Of a DNA stretch of 64,000 bases, positions 45,598 through 55,586 are shown in pieces. Both the position numbers and the translations under genes were made by a program. Under the pieces are notes generated by a model. That model searched no databases. It had not been told where the DNA came from and was given only the letters and a program-made list of their open reading frames with translations. Positions within the stretch are counted from its first letter, which is position 1; each line of letters opens with the position of its first letter. Source of the DNA: Gemmatimonadota bacterium (lineage in GTDB: Bacteria; Gemmatimonadota; Gemmatimonadetes; Longimicrobiales; Gaopeijiaceae); assembly GCA_028875075.1 (NCBI GenBank), contig JAPPGF010000009.1, positions 86,492 to 150,491 of the forward strand. The letters are read 5' to 3'.

Positions 45598-45828
45598 TCA
45601 AGCAAGCTTGGCATCGAGGTAGGCGATGAGCTTCCCAAGGGTTCCGATCTTGTCACAATCCTCCGGCGGGATCACAACGTCGAACTCCCGCTCGACGACC
45701 TTCATGAAGGCTACGGCGTTCAGCGAGGAGATGCCCGAATCGGAAAATCCCCGGTTGAGATCCGGTGCGTGGTCAAGGTCAAAGTGTTCGTCGATCAGTG
45801 CCAAAAGGCGGCTTTCGGTTCCGGCCAT
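45598..45828 (-). CDS. Stand-alone acyl/peptidyl carrier protein
   Basis: 76 aa. Phosphopantetheine-attachment-like GFSDSGISSLNAVAFMKVVEREF. ATG 45828 is preceded by GAGGAA. Confidence 0.7.
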   Translation of the reverse strand: MAGTESRLLALIDEHFDLDHAPDLNRGFSDSGISSLNAVAFMKVVEREFDVVIPPEDCDKIGTLGKLIAYLDAKLA

Positions 45829-46152
45829 TGCTCGGTTCCTCGTCGGTGCGGGTGATAGACCATGACCAGCTGTCACAGTTCCCGTAACGGTGCGGGGCCT
45901 GCGCGCGGGTGTCAATAAGAGGTCGCTGCTTCCGCCGAGCCCGCCAAGCGACTCCCCAACCACTTCCGGGTCCACGATGTGCTCGATCTCAACCGAGTCA
46001 TGACGGCTTGGCCAGCGAGGCCGGGAACCCGTGCCGATACCGAGCTGCGCCGGCTGGTACCGACCGCGACTCGGGCAGCGGAGCACGCCTGGACAGTGCC
46101 GCCGCCTGTGGGCGAGTGCGTGCGGGAGTCGGCCGCTGGGCGGGCGCGAGCG

Positions 46153-46866
46153 TCAATCGGAATTCAGTTCGGTCGCGATGGCGGCGGCGAAATCGGGGGT
46201 CTCGAGGTTTTCCAGCTGCCATGTCTCTGTTGGCAGGTCCGGCAGCCGGAGAACCGCCCGCTTCGCGCCGCGGCGCATGGCCCGAGGGATCTCGAGCCGG
46301 CGGAGATCCTTCGACAACCCGACCCCCAGCGCCTTGGTGAGCGCTTCCTTGGTGGTCCAGATGGTGAAGAAGAGGTCGGTCCGGCGACCGCCGCTTGCGG
46401 CGGCGAGCTCGGCGCGCTCGACCGGAGCGAACGTCATGGCGGCGACCGCGTCCAGGTCGGCGCGGGCAGCGCGATCCTCCACGTCGATTCCTACTCGTCC
46501 AGTGGGCGCGACGGCGATCAGGCCATGGCGGCCGCTGTGACTGACGCTGAAGCCGATCGGGGCAGGGACCCCGTTTACGAGGGCAAACGGCTTGCCGCGC
46601 TGGGATGCGTCGAAGCTGAGTTGATCGTTTCCGCAGCCCAGGCGCTCACGGAGCATAGCGCGGAGTGCGGCCCGGCATAGAACGAATTGCCGTCTGGCTC
46701 CAGCGTGTCGGAAACGGGCCCGTCGCGCGTGCTCCGGGCTGTCGAGCCACGCTAGCGCCGCCGCCTCGCACTCGGAATCGGGACTCAGGCGAACGTACGT
46801 GACGCTCGCGATTCCAACACTGGCGAATGGACGCCACCAAACCGGATCTTCCAGCGTGGATGTCAT
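46153..46866 (-). CDS. Sfp-type 4'-phosphopantetheinyl transferase
   Basis: RRQFVLCRAALRAML, GKPF, FSVSHSG, VGIDVE, WTTKEALTKALG. Confidence 0.8.
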   Translation of the reverse strand: MTSTLEDPVWWRPFASVGIASVTYVRLSPDSECEAAALAWLDSPEHARRARFRHAGARRQFVLCRAALRAMLRERLGCGNDQLSFDASQRGKPFALVNGVPAPIGFSVSHSGRHGLIAVAPTGRVGIDVEDRAARADLDAVAAMTFAPVERAELAAASGGRRTDLFFTIWTTKEALTKALGVGLSKDLRRLEIPRAMRRGAKRAVLRLPDLPTETWQLENLETPDFAAAIATELNSD

Positions 46867-47347
46867 CCTCGTACTGAGCGGAACTCGGAAGTTCGCGCGC
46901 GACGGCGCGCTGCGGATCGCCCGACCGCGCTTGCGGGGAGCCCCAGCTCCGGGACGGGGCCATGGTGGAGCCCGACCCCCGGGCCTGCGCGGGGGCTCCG
47001 GCTGACTCGGGCGAAGTGTGCAGTGTCCGGTTGACGTTGACAAGCGACGGGTTAGACCAGCCTGCAGGGGGCTCGTCCGCTCCCTCGCCCATGTCCCGAG
47101 GCCTGGCGAGCTCCCCGGCTGGGAGGCAGGACGGCTCGCCCAGCGTTGTCGGACGAGGAATCGGCTCGTGCTGCCCGGCTCGACGTGTCGTTCCTCAAGA
47201 CGAACGGGCTGCTTCGGCGAGGAACTTGACTATCATTCAGCACATGAGCTCCTCGCGTGTCATTCGGATCTGCCTCCCCAGGGAGACGGGACGTCGGGCA
47301 CCACGCGTAGGGACGAGTGACGGGCGCTGGCGGCGACCGGCGCGGCG

Positions 47348-49138
47348 ATGAGCCCTAAGGGCGGCCCCAACCCGGCCGGGCTTCGCTACCAAGCCGACGA
47401 GACGCCTCCCCTCCGGCTCACGATCGGCCTGGGGCTTCAGCTCGCCGTGCTCACTGTGGCTATCCCGGTCTTGATCCCGACGGCGGTCATGCGGATCGCC
47501 GGCGCGCCGGAGGAATATCTGTCGTGGGCGGCGTTCGCCGCCGTCGCCATCTCCGGCGCGGGTACTGCGCTGCAGGCGCTCCGGTTCGGCCGGATCGGCG
47601 CCGGCCAGGTGCTCGTGATGGGCAGCTCGGGCGCGTTCATCGGGGTGAGCATCGTGGCGATCGCCGAATCCGGCCCGGCGCTGCTCGCGACGCTCGTCGT
47701 CTGCTCCGCCCTCTTCCAGCTCCTCGTATCTGCTCGGCTCGCGCTGTTTCGGCGGCTGCTCACACCGGCTGTCTCCGGCACCGTGATCATGCTCGTGCCG
47801 GTCACGGTCGTGCCGATCGTCTTCGGCATGCTCGAGGACGTACCGGACGGCAGCCCCGTCCACACCGCGCCCGTGATTGCGCTCGCTACCACCATTGCCA
47901 TGGTCGGCATCTCGTTGAAGGGAACACCCGTGCTCCGTCTCTGGTCACCGATCATCGGCATCGTTGCGGGTGCCGCGGTGGCGGGTTTCTTGGGCGTCTA
48001 CGATGTGGAGCGTATCGCCGAGGCCGCCTGGTTCGGCTTGACCGAGTGGCGAGCACCGGGATTCGATCTCGCGTTCGGAGCGCCGTTCTGGGCGCTGATT
48101 CCGGCTTTTCTGCTGGCGTCACTGATAGGCTCGATCCGCACGATGAGCAGCTGTACCGCGATGCAGCGCGTATCGTGGCGTAGCCGGCGACCCGTGGACT
48201 TCCGGTCCGTGCAGGGCTCCGTCACGGTCGACGGGATCGGCAACCTACTCGCCGGGATGGCCGGGACGGTGCCGAACACGACCTATTCGCTGGCCGCTCC
48301 GCTCGCCGAGATCACGGGGGTCGCGTCGAGAACGATCGGGATCGCCACAGGCGCGATCTTCCTTGCGCTGGTTTGCCTGCCCAAGGCGCTCGCCGTCGTG
48401 CTGGCCGTACCCGGTCCGGTCGTTGGCGCCTACCTCATCGTTCTCATGGCGATGCTCTTCGTGATAGGCATGAGCGTCGCGCTACAGGATGGGATGAACT
48501 ACCGCACAGGGTTGATCGTCGGCGTCTCCTTCTGGCTGGGCATCGGCTTCCAGAACGATCTGATCTACCCCGAACTCGTCTCGGATCTCGCCGGCGGGAT
48601 CCTGAGCAACGGTCTGACGTCCGGCGGGCTCGCCGCCATCCTCATGACCTGGCTGGTGGAAGGCTCCGGACCGCGACCGCGTCGCATCGAGACGGTTTGC
48701 GCCGTTAGCGCCCTCCCGCAGATACGGAAATTCTTGAGGGCTGCCGCCGCCCGGTACCGCTGGGGCGAAGCGATGGCGGATCGACTGGACGCGGTCGCCG
48801 AGGAGACGTTGCTGACGCTCCTCCAGCCGCTTGACGACGGCGAGACCGATGAGCGACCGCGCCGCCTGCGGCTCACACTGTCCAGAGGAGAGGGCGGGGC
48901 GACGCTGGAGTTTGTCACCGCGCTGAGCGGCGAGAACATCGAGGAACGACTCTCGCTCCTGGGTGACGTGAACGATCAGGGCCGGGCCGAGCGCGACGTC
49001 TCGATCCGGTTGCTGCGGCACCTGGCCGCTTCCGTCCGGCATCAACAGTACCACGACGCTGATATCGTGACCGTTCAGGTGGAGGAGCCTGTGGCGGGCA
49101 GCCGGCAAGACCCGAAGCGGGGTCGCGCAAGAGACTAG
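47348..49138 (+). CDS. NCS2 (xanthine/uracil-type) permease fused to a ~157-aa cytoplasmic C-terminal domain
   Basis: NCS2-like core (GLGLQLAVLTVAIPVLIP, VLVMGSSGAFIG, TTYSLAAPLAEITGVASR, ...). The extension from about 48665 has an alpha/beta pattern reminiscent of RsbW/SpoIIAB-type GHKL domains but lacks their N-box and DxGxG motifs. Confidence 0.8.
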   Translation: MSPKGGPNPAGLRYQADETPPLRLTIGLGLQLAVLTVAIPVLIPTAVMRIAGAPEEYLSWAAFAAVAISGAGTALQALRFGRIGAGQVLVMGSSGAFIGVSIVAIAESGPALLATLVVCSALFQLLVSARLALFRRLLTPAVSGTVIMLVPVTVVPIVFGMLEDVPDGSPVHTAPVIALATTIAMVGISLKGTPVLRLWSPIIGIVAGAAVAGFLGVYDVERIAEAAWFGLTEWRAPGFDLAFGAPFWALIPAFLLASLIGSIRTMSSCTAMQRVSWRSRRPVDFRSVQGSVTVDGIGNLLAGMAGTVPNTTYSLAAPLAEITGVASRTIGIATGAIFLALVCLPKALAVVLAVPGPVVGAYLIVLMAMLFVIGMSVALQDGMNYRTGLIVGVSFWLGIGFQNDLIYPELVSDLAGGILSNGLTSGGLAAILMTWLVEGSGPRPRRIETVCAVSALPQIRKFLRAAAARYRWGEAMADRLDAVAEETLLTLLQPLDDGETDERPRRLRLTLSRGEGGATLEFVTALSGENIEERLSLLGDVNDQGRAERDVSIRLLRHLAASVRHQQYHDADIVTVQVEEPVAGSRQDPKRGRARD

Positions 49139-49430
49139 AGCGGGGACGGCGCGGCTGCCAAGTCGTCCTGCAGATGGCAGGGCGGCCCCGCGCCGGACTC
49201 CACAGGGCCATCGATTCCTGCGCCGCACTGGCCTGGAGCGCACAACGTCGATCAATTGGTCCGTGCGCACGACGTTCGCAACGAGGACTGCCGAAGCGCT
49301 GTCGACCTGATCACCGTCCCCGACCACTCGACGCGGAGGCTTTCCCCGCTGCCTGCCCCGGCACGCGCCGCGGCGGACCGGCGTCAACATCGTCGACTTT
49401 CACACGTGAACCCGTTCGGACAAGGCAGCC

Positions 49431-49940
49431 ATGGACGCGATTCGACACAACTTCGTACAGAGGATGATCGGCGCGGCGAAGGCGAACGCCGCCATGTACA
49501 CGGAAGTAGAACACGATGCGGCAGCAACGCCTCAGGCCGCCGGCGTCGTAGCCATAGCGGCGGCGGCATCGGCCATCGGCGGTGCCTCTGCAGGAGCTGG
49601 CGGAATGGCTGGCGCCGTGATCGCCGCACTCGTGGGATGGCTGCTCTGGGCAGGGCTCACGTACCTGATCGGAGACAAGCTTCTCGGAGGTACTGCGACT
49701 TGGGGCGAACTCCTGCGGGCAGTGGGCTTTGCGCAGGCCGCTGGCGTCCTCTACGTCCTGGCTGCGATTCCCGGCCTCGGTGACACGGTGAAGGCAGTCG
49801 TCGGGATTTGGGTGCTGGTGTGTGGTGTGGTGGCTATTCGCGAGGCGCTCGACTTCTCCACGGGAAAGGCGGTCCTCACCGCCATAATCGGTTGGGTGGT
49901 CGCAATCGCTCTGGCGACCGTGCTCGTGGATGCAGCTTGA
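49431..49940 (+). CDS. Yip1-family membrane protein
   Basis: N-terminal FVQRMIGAAKANAAMYTEVEHD, then 4-5 TM helices (typical Yip1 layout). Confidence 0.65.
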   Translation: MDAIRHNFVQRMIGAAKANAAMYTEVEHDAAATPQAAGVVAIAAAASAIGGASAGAGGMAGAVIAALVGWLLWAGLTYLIGDKLLGGTATWGELLRAVGFAQAAGVLYVLAAIPGLGDTVKAVVGIWVLVCGVVAIREALDFSTGKAVLTAIIGWVVAIALATVLVDAA

Positions 49941-50195
49941 TGGTTCGATCTTGCAGTCGACGCGCTCGCGCCAAGGGCTCGACGACTTCCGGAGCGCCGG
50001 CACGGACACGAGCACGAGCGACCTTGCTGCCGGAACTGCCGTTGCCCGCCGGTGACGGCACCGACAGTCGGCCAGGGCACAGACGACGACTCGTTCGGCG
50101 CGTATGAGCGAGGTTTCGGTCGCGGGAGCTCGGAGGTCTCTTCGGTCGGTAGGGCGAGCGGCCCGGTCGAGCCCAGGGGACGCCGGAATCCCTTG

Positions 50196-50435
50196 ATGCT
50201 AATCGACCGATCACGCCGGAGGGCCGTCAGCCATTTCAAGTGGCGGGTTCGACTGTTCGGCGCCGGCGCGATTCTCGCGGTGGTCGGCATTTACACGGAC
50301 GTGTCCTGGCTGATCAACTTGGCCATCGCCGTGCTGGCCGTCGGGATCTTACTCCGCTTCACCCCGGGACGGGGCGGTCGCGGCCTATCGACCGTGGACG
50401 GCGCCAGCGACGAGGACGCTGGATCGGGTCACTGA
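50196..50435 (+). CDS. Hypothetical small two-TM protein (weak call)
   Basis: MLIDRSRRRAVSHFKWRVRLFGAGAILAVVGIYTDVSWLINLAIAVLAVGILLRF. Confidence 0.35.
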   Translation: MLIDRSRRRAVSHFKWRVRLFGAGAILAVVGIYTDVSWLINLAIAVLAVGILLRFTPGRGGRGLSTVDGASDEDAGSGH

Positions 50436-50631
50436 AGGACGCGCTCCTCGGCCGGATCCCTCCGCTTTCCGCAGGCGTCATTGTGTCCGCACCTTCCCGA
50501 TCGGGACAAACCCGCCGCCAAGCGGGCGCCTTGAGCCTTGTTCATGAGAATTTGCTTTCCCGAACGGGACAATCTCTGCCCATGAGCGTCCTCCAAGGCC
50601 ACGGATCTGCCCGAACGGGAGAACACACGTC

Positions 50632-52908
50632 TCACCTCGCAAACGTATGCGAGTACTTCACCAGCAGTGCCCTTCCCGACGACAGCGGCCGCCTCGGCCC
50701 CAGCCCGTCATCGCGCTCGTTGTAGAAGCCCTCGTTGTAGACGATCCACAGGTCGGTGCCCTCGCGGAAGTGATAGCGGAAGCGCACGTTCAGGCTCGTT
50801 TGGTCGGTTGCGCTGTTGTACTGCCCGAAGGTGCTCATCGACACCTTGGGGTTCAGCGCGGTCTTGACTCTCAGGCTTCCCAGCTGGGTGGTGGTGGCGA
50901 CTCCCCGGTCCGCGAAGTCCAGGCGGTTCACCTCGTAGCCCGCCTCCAGCTCCAGGTACTTCGAGACGATCCAGGCGGGCCTCACCGACAGCCTGACGCG
51001 GCTGCCGTCGTAGAAGCTCCCGACCGAGGCCTCGTACATGCCCCGAAAGAGGTGGCTGCGCGGCAACCGGAGCATCGACGTCGCTTCGTGGAACCAGTAC
51101 TCCCCCGCCGGAACGACCACGTCCGAGATCGGGAACGGATCGAGCACGCTCTCGAAGCTCGACAGGGCCCCAACGGTCAAGCTCGAGCCGCCCCGGAACT
51201 GCAACTCGAGTTCGGGCCTGATCTCGTGGGACTCGGCGGTCCGGTCGGCGTTGCGAAAGTATTGGGCCGTGCTGATCTGCAGCGCGTGGGCCAGGAGCGG
51301 CGATGCGTCGTCGCGCAGCTGGCGGTAGCGCAGCTGTGCGCCGCCGTAGGTGAAGTCCTTCCGCAGCTGAAATCCGAGGCCCGGAAGGTAGTCCTCCCCA
51401 ACCCGAATCCCCTCGGCGTAGTAGGAGAACCCCTCGTCGCGACGGCGCTCCAGCCGGACCCTTGCGAGCCCTGACGCCAGTCCGCCCGCCTGATCGACCG
51501 CCTCGTCGAAGGTGTGGGCCCACTGCAGAATCAGGTATTCGTAGCCGTACCACCTGATCACGGCGTCCAGGCCGTAGGCGGTGTTGTTGCGTCCGCTCGA
51601 TCCCAGTCGCGTGGTCAGCATTGCGCCGACCCTCGAGAACTCGTCGATGATCTGCTGGCGCAGCCGAAATACGCCGACGTTCTCGGACGACAGATCGTCG
51701 TGCGGGGCGGTCTGCATGTTCAGGAAGCCGAAATCGGTGCCGGACCAACGCCCGACCGCCCGCACCCCCCCGTAGATGCGCACGATTTCGCCCTGGTCCA
51801 GCCCAATCCGGCGGCTGTGAAAGAGCCGGTTGAACATCCCGCCGGTGTTGAAGTCGAACGTCGAGGCGCGCTCCTGGAAGAACTGCCGCTTCTCGGGGAA
51901 GAACAGGGCGAAGCGCGTCAGGTTGATCTGCTGATCGTCGGCCTCGACCTGCGCGAAGTCGGTGTTGAGGGTCAGGTCCAGCGCCAGGTTCGAGGTGGGC
52001 GAGTACTTGACGTCGAGCCCCGCCTCGGTGGTGGGGTCGCTTTCGCTCCGCCATTCGGCCTCCGGCACGTCGGGCGGCTCGGCGAGCACCGGGTTCTGCT
52101 TGAAGCCGCCCAGCGTAAACGGGGTCATGTACACCGGCCCGGACTGCCGTACGTCGCGCAGCACCACTCGCTGCGCGATCGAAGGTTTGGCGAACGCGAG
52201 CCGTCCCCATCTGGGCTCGATCGGGGGGAAGGTCTGACGCTCGCTCCTGCGGGCCACAACCCGGTAGAGGATCAGGCCCATGGTCACTTCATCCCCGGTG
52301 ACCTGGAAGCCGAGTGTCGAGAACGGAATCCTGAATTCCGCAAACCAGCCCTCGTCGGTCTGCGTGGTGACCACGTCCCAGTACGAGTTCCAGTCCCAGC
52401 TCACCGGCATGCCGTAGGTGAACTGGGCGTCGTTCGACACCGTCCGGTCCTGCCGCACACCGGAGGGATTCACGGTGAACCAGACCGCGGTCTCGTAGTC
52501 GTTGTAGCTGTCGATGACCACGGAGAGGATGTCGTCGCCGCCGTACTGGTCGCGGTAGAACGTCCCCGTCCGGATCCCGTCGGGGTCCGAGTCCCACATG
52601 CGTCCCGCGACGTACAGGTACTGGTCGTCGTGTCCGACCCGCACGTCGGTCGCCTCCGTGAGTTCCCCCCCGAAGTTGGGCTGGTACATGGTCATCTCGA
52701 AGGGCGCGAGTGCGTCCCAGGCCGCTTCGTCGACGACGCCGTCCAGCACGATCTCGCCCGAGAGGCGGGGGATGACGATCGGGGAGTCGGGGGAGGATGG
52801 GATAGGGCGGAGCTGGCTGCTCAGGCCGCCCGGTATCGCCAGGGAGGCGGCCAGGAGGGTCCCGGCAGGGAGTAATCTTCGTGTGCGCTTCACGTCGTCC
52901 GATGTCAT
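50632..52908 (-). CDS. CBM9-like + DUF5916-type outer-membrane protein (paralog 1)
   Basis: LDGVVDEAAWDALAPFEMTMYQPNFG...VRVGHDDQYLYVAGRMWD...ILSVVIDSYNDYETAVWFTVNPSGVRQD...GWFAEFRIPFSTLGF, followed by a long beta-rich region. Confidence 0.8.
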   Translation of the reverse strand: MTSDDVKRTRRLLPAGTLLAASLAIPGGLSSQLRPIPSSPDSPIVIPRLSGEIVLDGVVDEAAWDALAPFEMTMYQPNFGGELTEATDVRVGHDDQYLYVAGRMWDSDPDGIRTGTFYRDQYGGDDILSVVIDSYNDYETAVWFTVNPSGVRQDRTVSNDAQFTYGMPVSWDWNSYWDVVTTQTDEGWFAEFRIPFSTLGFQVTGDEVTMGLILYRVVARRSERQTFPPIEPRWGRLAFAKPSIAQRVVLRDVRQSGPVYMTPFTLGGFKQNPVLAEPPDVPEAEWRSESDPTTEAGLDVKYSPTSNLALDLTLNTDFAQVEADDQQINLTRFALFFPEKRQFFQERASTFDFNTGGMFNRLFHSRRIGLDQGEIVRIYGGVRAVGRWSGTDFGFLNMQTAPHDDLSSENVGVFRLRQQIIDEFSRVGAMLTTRLGSSGRNNTAYGLDAVIRWYGYEYLILQWAHTFDEAVDQAGGLASGLARVRLERRRDEGFSYYAEGIRVGEDYLPGLGFQLRKDFTYGGAQLRYRQLRDDASPLLAHALQISTAQYFRNADRTAESHEIRPELELQFRGGSSLTVGALSSFESVLDPFPISDVVVPAGEYWFHEATSMLRLPRSHLFRGMYEASVGSFYDGSRVRLSVRPAWIVSKYLELEAGYEVNRLDFADRGVATTTQLGSLRVKTALNPKVSMSTFGQYNSATDQTSLNVRFRYHFREGTDLWIVYNEGFYNERDDGLGPRRPLSSGRALLVKYSHTFAR

Positions 52909-54050
52909 CCCATGGGTTGCGTGCCGGCGCGGAGGATGCCGCGCACGGTGATAACATACTCCATGGCAAGATCAGGGGAGAGGAGGATCCCCGGGTTCTG
53001 GCCGAGCTGGCCCATGGGTCGCTTCGCCGCAAGCAAGACGAACTTGCCAAGGTCGTTACCACCGCCTGCCTGGCCATCGGACACTATATCGCCGAGCGCG
53101 CCCTTTCTCAGGTGGCGTAGTCCTGGCCGTCGGCGTCGAGCACGTCCTTCATGTCGTCCAAGTAGCTGGCCTGGCGCACTGCGGAGACGGACAGGCCAGC
53201 GTTGTATCGCGCGGCCTCGACGGGGATCGGATGGACTCCGGCCCCGCAACTGTTGCGCAATGTGCGGGGCTTGAGCTCGCCCGCTGATGCCTACCGCCAA
53301 CACGATTGGTATTATCTTTCCCGACGGCGTCACTCACTGTGATGCTCACATCGGGGTGGGAGGGAGGAGCGACAGTCTGTGTTCCAGAGCTTCCGGTGAA
53401 CGACGCTACTCCGGGGTGCGGATCTCTTTGGTCACCGGCGTCGCCGACCTTGGGAAGGCATCCGGGGTATTCCATCGGCATGGCGACAGGACTGCTCTCC
53501 GACCCCAAGCCGTATTTGCCGGGAGGCTCCGAGCGCTCCGGGTTGGAGCATGCGTCGGAGGCCCGTGCCGGCGAGAAAGAATGCGGGAGGGGCCGACCTT
53601 GGACGCCCACGAGACAGCGCAAGACATGTGCAGTATTAGCGGCCGGTATTGGCGGCGCATGAGCTGCAGCGCCGCACGGCCAAGGCAGCGGGGCGAGTCG
53701 TTCCCGAAGGGGGCGGGGACGGCGAAGCGCCTCACCGCGATACAGTTGTTGGAGGGCGCGGGTTGAACGAGTGAATTCCCGATCGAGCGGCCGGGGCGCG
53801 ACGCCAGGCCTGCGAGATCGATGAAGGCACGAACGAGACCGGCCGGAGGCCACTCGCTCAAGGAGGCGTCCGGCAACCGAAGCGACAGCGCACCCGCGGG
53901 GGGTGGGCTGCACAGGGAGACTCGGCTCCGGATCACCGTCGGAGCGCCTGGGCGCGGTCTTTTCCGTCCTATCGGCATTGGCCGGAGACGGAACTGAAGC
54001 GGCCCCGGCGGCGGCGGCCCGAAGCCGGTGACGAAGGGTGAGGTGCATTC

Positions 54051-55586
54051 TTGACACGCGAAATTCTGATTGCGTCGACGCCGCGCGAATCGCGGGTGGC
54101 GCTTCTCGAAGACGGCATTCTGGTCGAGCTCATGTTCGACCGTCCCGACGAGGTCCGACTCGTCGGGGATATCTATCTGGGCAGGGTCGACGCCGTGTTG
54201 CCCGGCATCCAGGCGGCCTTCGTGGATATAGGGGCCGAGAAGGCCGGCTTCCTCCACGCCTCGGACCTCTCTGAAGACGACGAGGAGGAGGAGGGTGGCA
54301 ACGGCGAATTCGGGGGGAACGGACGCCAACCCCGTAAGCTTCCGCCGATCCAGGAGCAGGTGAAGAGGGGCGACGCCGTCCTGGTCCAGGTCGCCAAGGA
54401 GCCGATCGGCACCAAGGGCCCGCGCCTCACCGCTCAGGTGTCGCTTCCCGGACGCTTCCTCGTCTACATGCCGGGCTCATCGCATGTCGGCGTGAGCCGC
54501 AAGATCGAGGATCGCGACGAGCGGGCCCGGCTGCGCAAGATGGCTCGGGAGATCATCTCGCCCGATGCGGACGCGGGCGTCATCGTCCGCACCGTGGGCG
54601 AAGAGGTTACGCAACAGACGCTGAAGAGGGAGTTCAAGCGCCTGCACGAGCGGTGGCGGAAGATCCAACGCCAGGCCGACTCCCAGACGGCTCCGGCTCA
54701 AGTTCACCGCGAAGCCAAGCTCATCAGCGGGATCATTCGTGACCTGTTCAGCGACAAGTTCGATCGACTAGTCGTCGAATCGAAGGAGATCCACCACGAG
54801 ATCACGCAGTACGTGCGCAACGTGGATCCGGAGCTGCTCGACCGCGTTCATCGGCATGACGACCCGGTGCCGCTCTTCGACCGCTATGACGTCGAGGAGC
54901 AGGCCCAGACGGCATTCCAGCGAAGCGTGAACCTGCCGTCGGGCGGGCACGTCATCATCGAGCCCACCGAGGCACTGGTCTCGATCGACGTGAACACGGG
55001 CCGCTACACCGGCAAGAAGGACCCGGAGCACACGATCCTTCGGACGAACCTCGACGCGGCGCGCGAGATCGCCAAGCAGTTGCGCCTGCGCGACATCGGG
55101 GGAATCATCGTCGTGGACTTCATCGACATGGAGTCGCACGAGAGCCGCGACCGCGTACTTCAGGAGCTCAAGACCCACCTGGGTCGCGACCGCGCACGTA
55201 CCAAGGCTTTCGAGGTCTCCGAGCTCGGCCTCATCGAAATGACCCGTCAGCGGGTTCGTCCTTCGCTCTTCCACTCCCTGACCGAGGCCTGCGAACATTG
55301 CAGCGGTGCAGGCCGAGTGTACACCGCGGCGACTGTGATACGCCGCATCGAGCGCAGTCTCCAGCGAGCCGCGGCGTCGAAGGACGAGCGCCGGCTGATC
55401 GTACGGGTCCATCCGGAGGTCGCGCTCCAGGTGCTTGAGGAGGAGCCCGACTTCCTGCGCAGGGTGGCAAAGAAGACGCGCCTGGATCTCGACCTGAGGG
55501 ACGACCCACTCATGCGCCAAGACCAGTTCCGCCTGCTGTCTGGGCCAGCCGAGACGGATGTCACGACGAAGTACGCGGGCCGCTAG
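54051..55586 (+). CDS. rng: Ribonuclease G/E family endoribonuclease (RNase G-sized)
   Basis: S1-like N-terminus DIYLGRVDAVLPGIQAAFVDIG. Catalytic core VIIEPTEALVSIDVNTG...DIGGIIVVDFIDM...CEHCSGAGRV. 511 aa with no scaffold tail. TTG 54051 is preceded by GGTGAGGTG. Confidence 0.85.
   Translation: MTREILIASTPRESRVALLEDGILVELMFDRPDEVRLVGDIYLGRVDAVLPGIQAAFVDIGAEKAGFLHASDLSEDDEEEEGGNGEFGGNGRQPRKLPPIQEQVKRGDAVLVQVAKEPIGTKGPRLTAQVSLPGRFLVYMPGSSHVGVSRKIEDRDERARLRKMAREIISPDADAGVIVRTVGEEVTQQTLKREFKRLHERWRKIQRQADSQTAPAQVHREAKLISGIIRDLFSDKFDRLVVESKEIHHEITQYVRNVDPELLDRVHRHDDPVPLFDRYDVEEQAQTAFQRSVNLPSGGHVIIEPTEALVSIDVNTGRYTGKKDPEHTILRTNLDAAREIAKQLRLRDIGGIIVVDFIDMESHESRDRVLQELKTHLGRDRARTKAFEVSELGLIEMTRQRVRPSLFHSLTEACEHCSGAGRVYTAATVIRRIERSLQRAAASKDERRLIVRVHPEVALQVLEEEPDFLRRVAKKTRLDLDLRDDPLMRQDQFRLLSGPAETDVTTKYAGR

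Noticed and set aside
52902-53120. 72-codon plus-strand ORF overlapping the DUF5916 start region, considered as a real small gene
   Set aside because: Its exact antisense frame scores similarly on GC3 and also looks protein-like, so coding strand and reality cannot be decided. It is reported only within the gap finding.
53730-53790. Minus-strand GGGAA...CCCGC...CAACTGTA string faintly like a cobalamin riboswitch core
   Set aside because: There is no GGTG/AA/CC pairing pattern and no GCCACTG B12 box. It is also about 800 nt from the nearest downstream gene on that strand.
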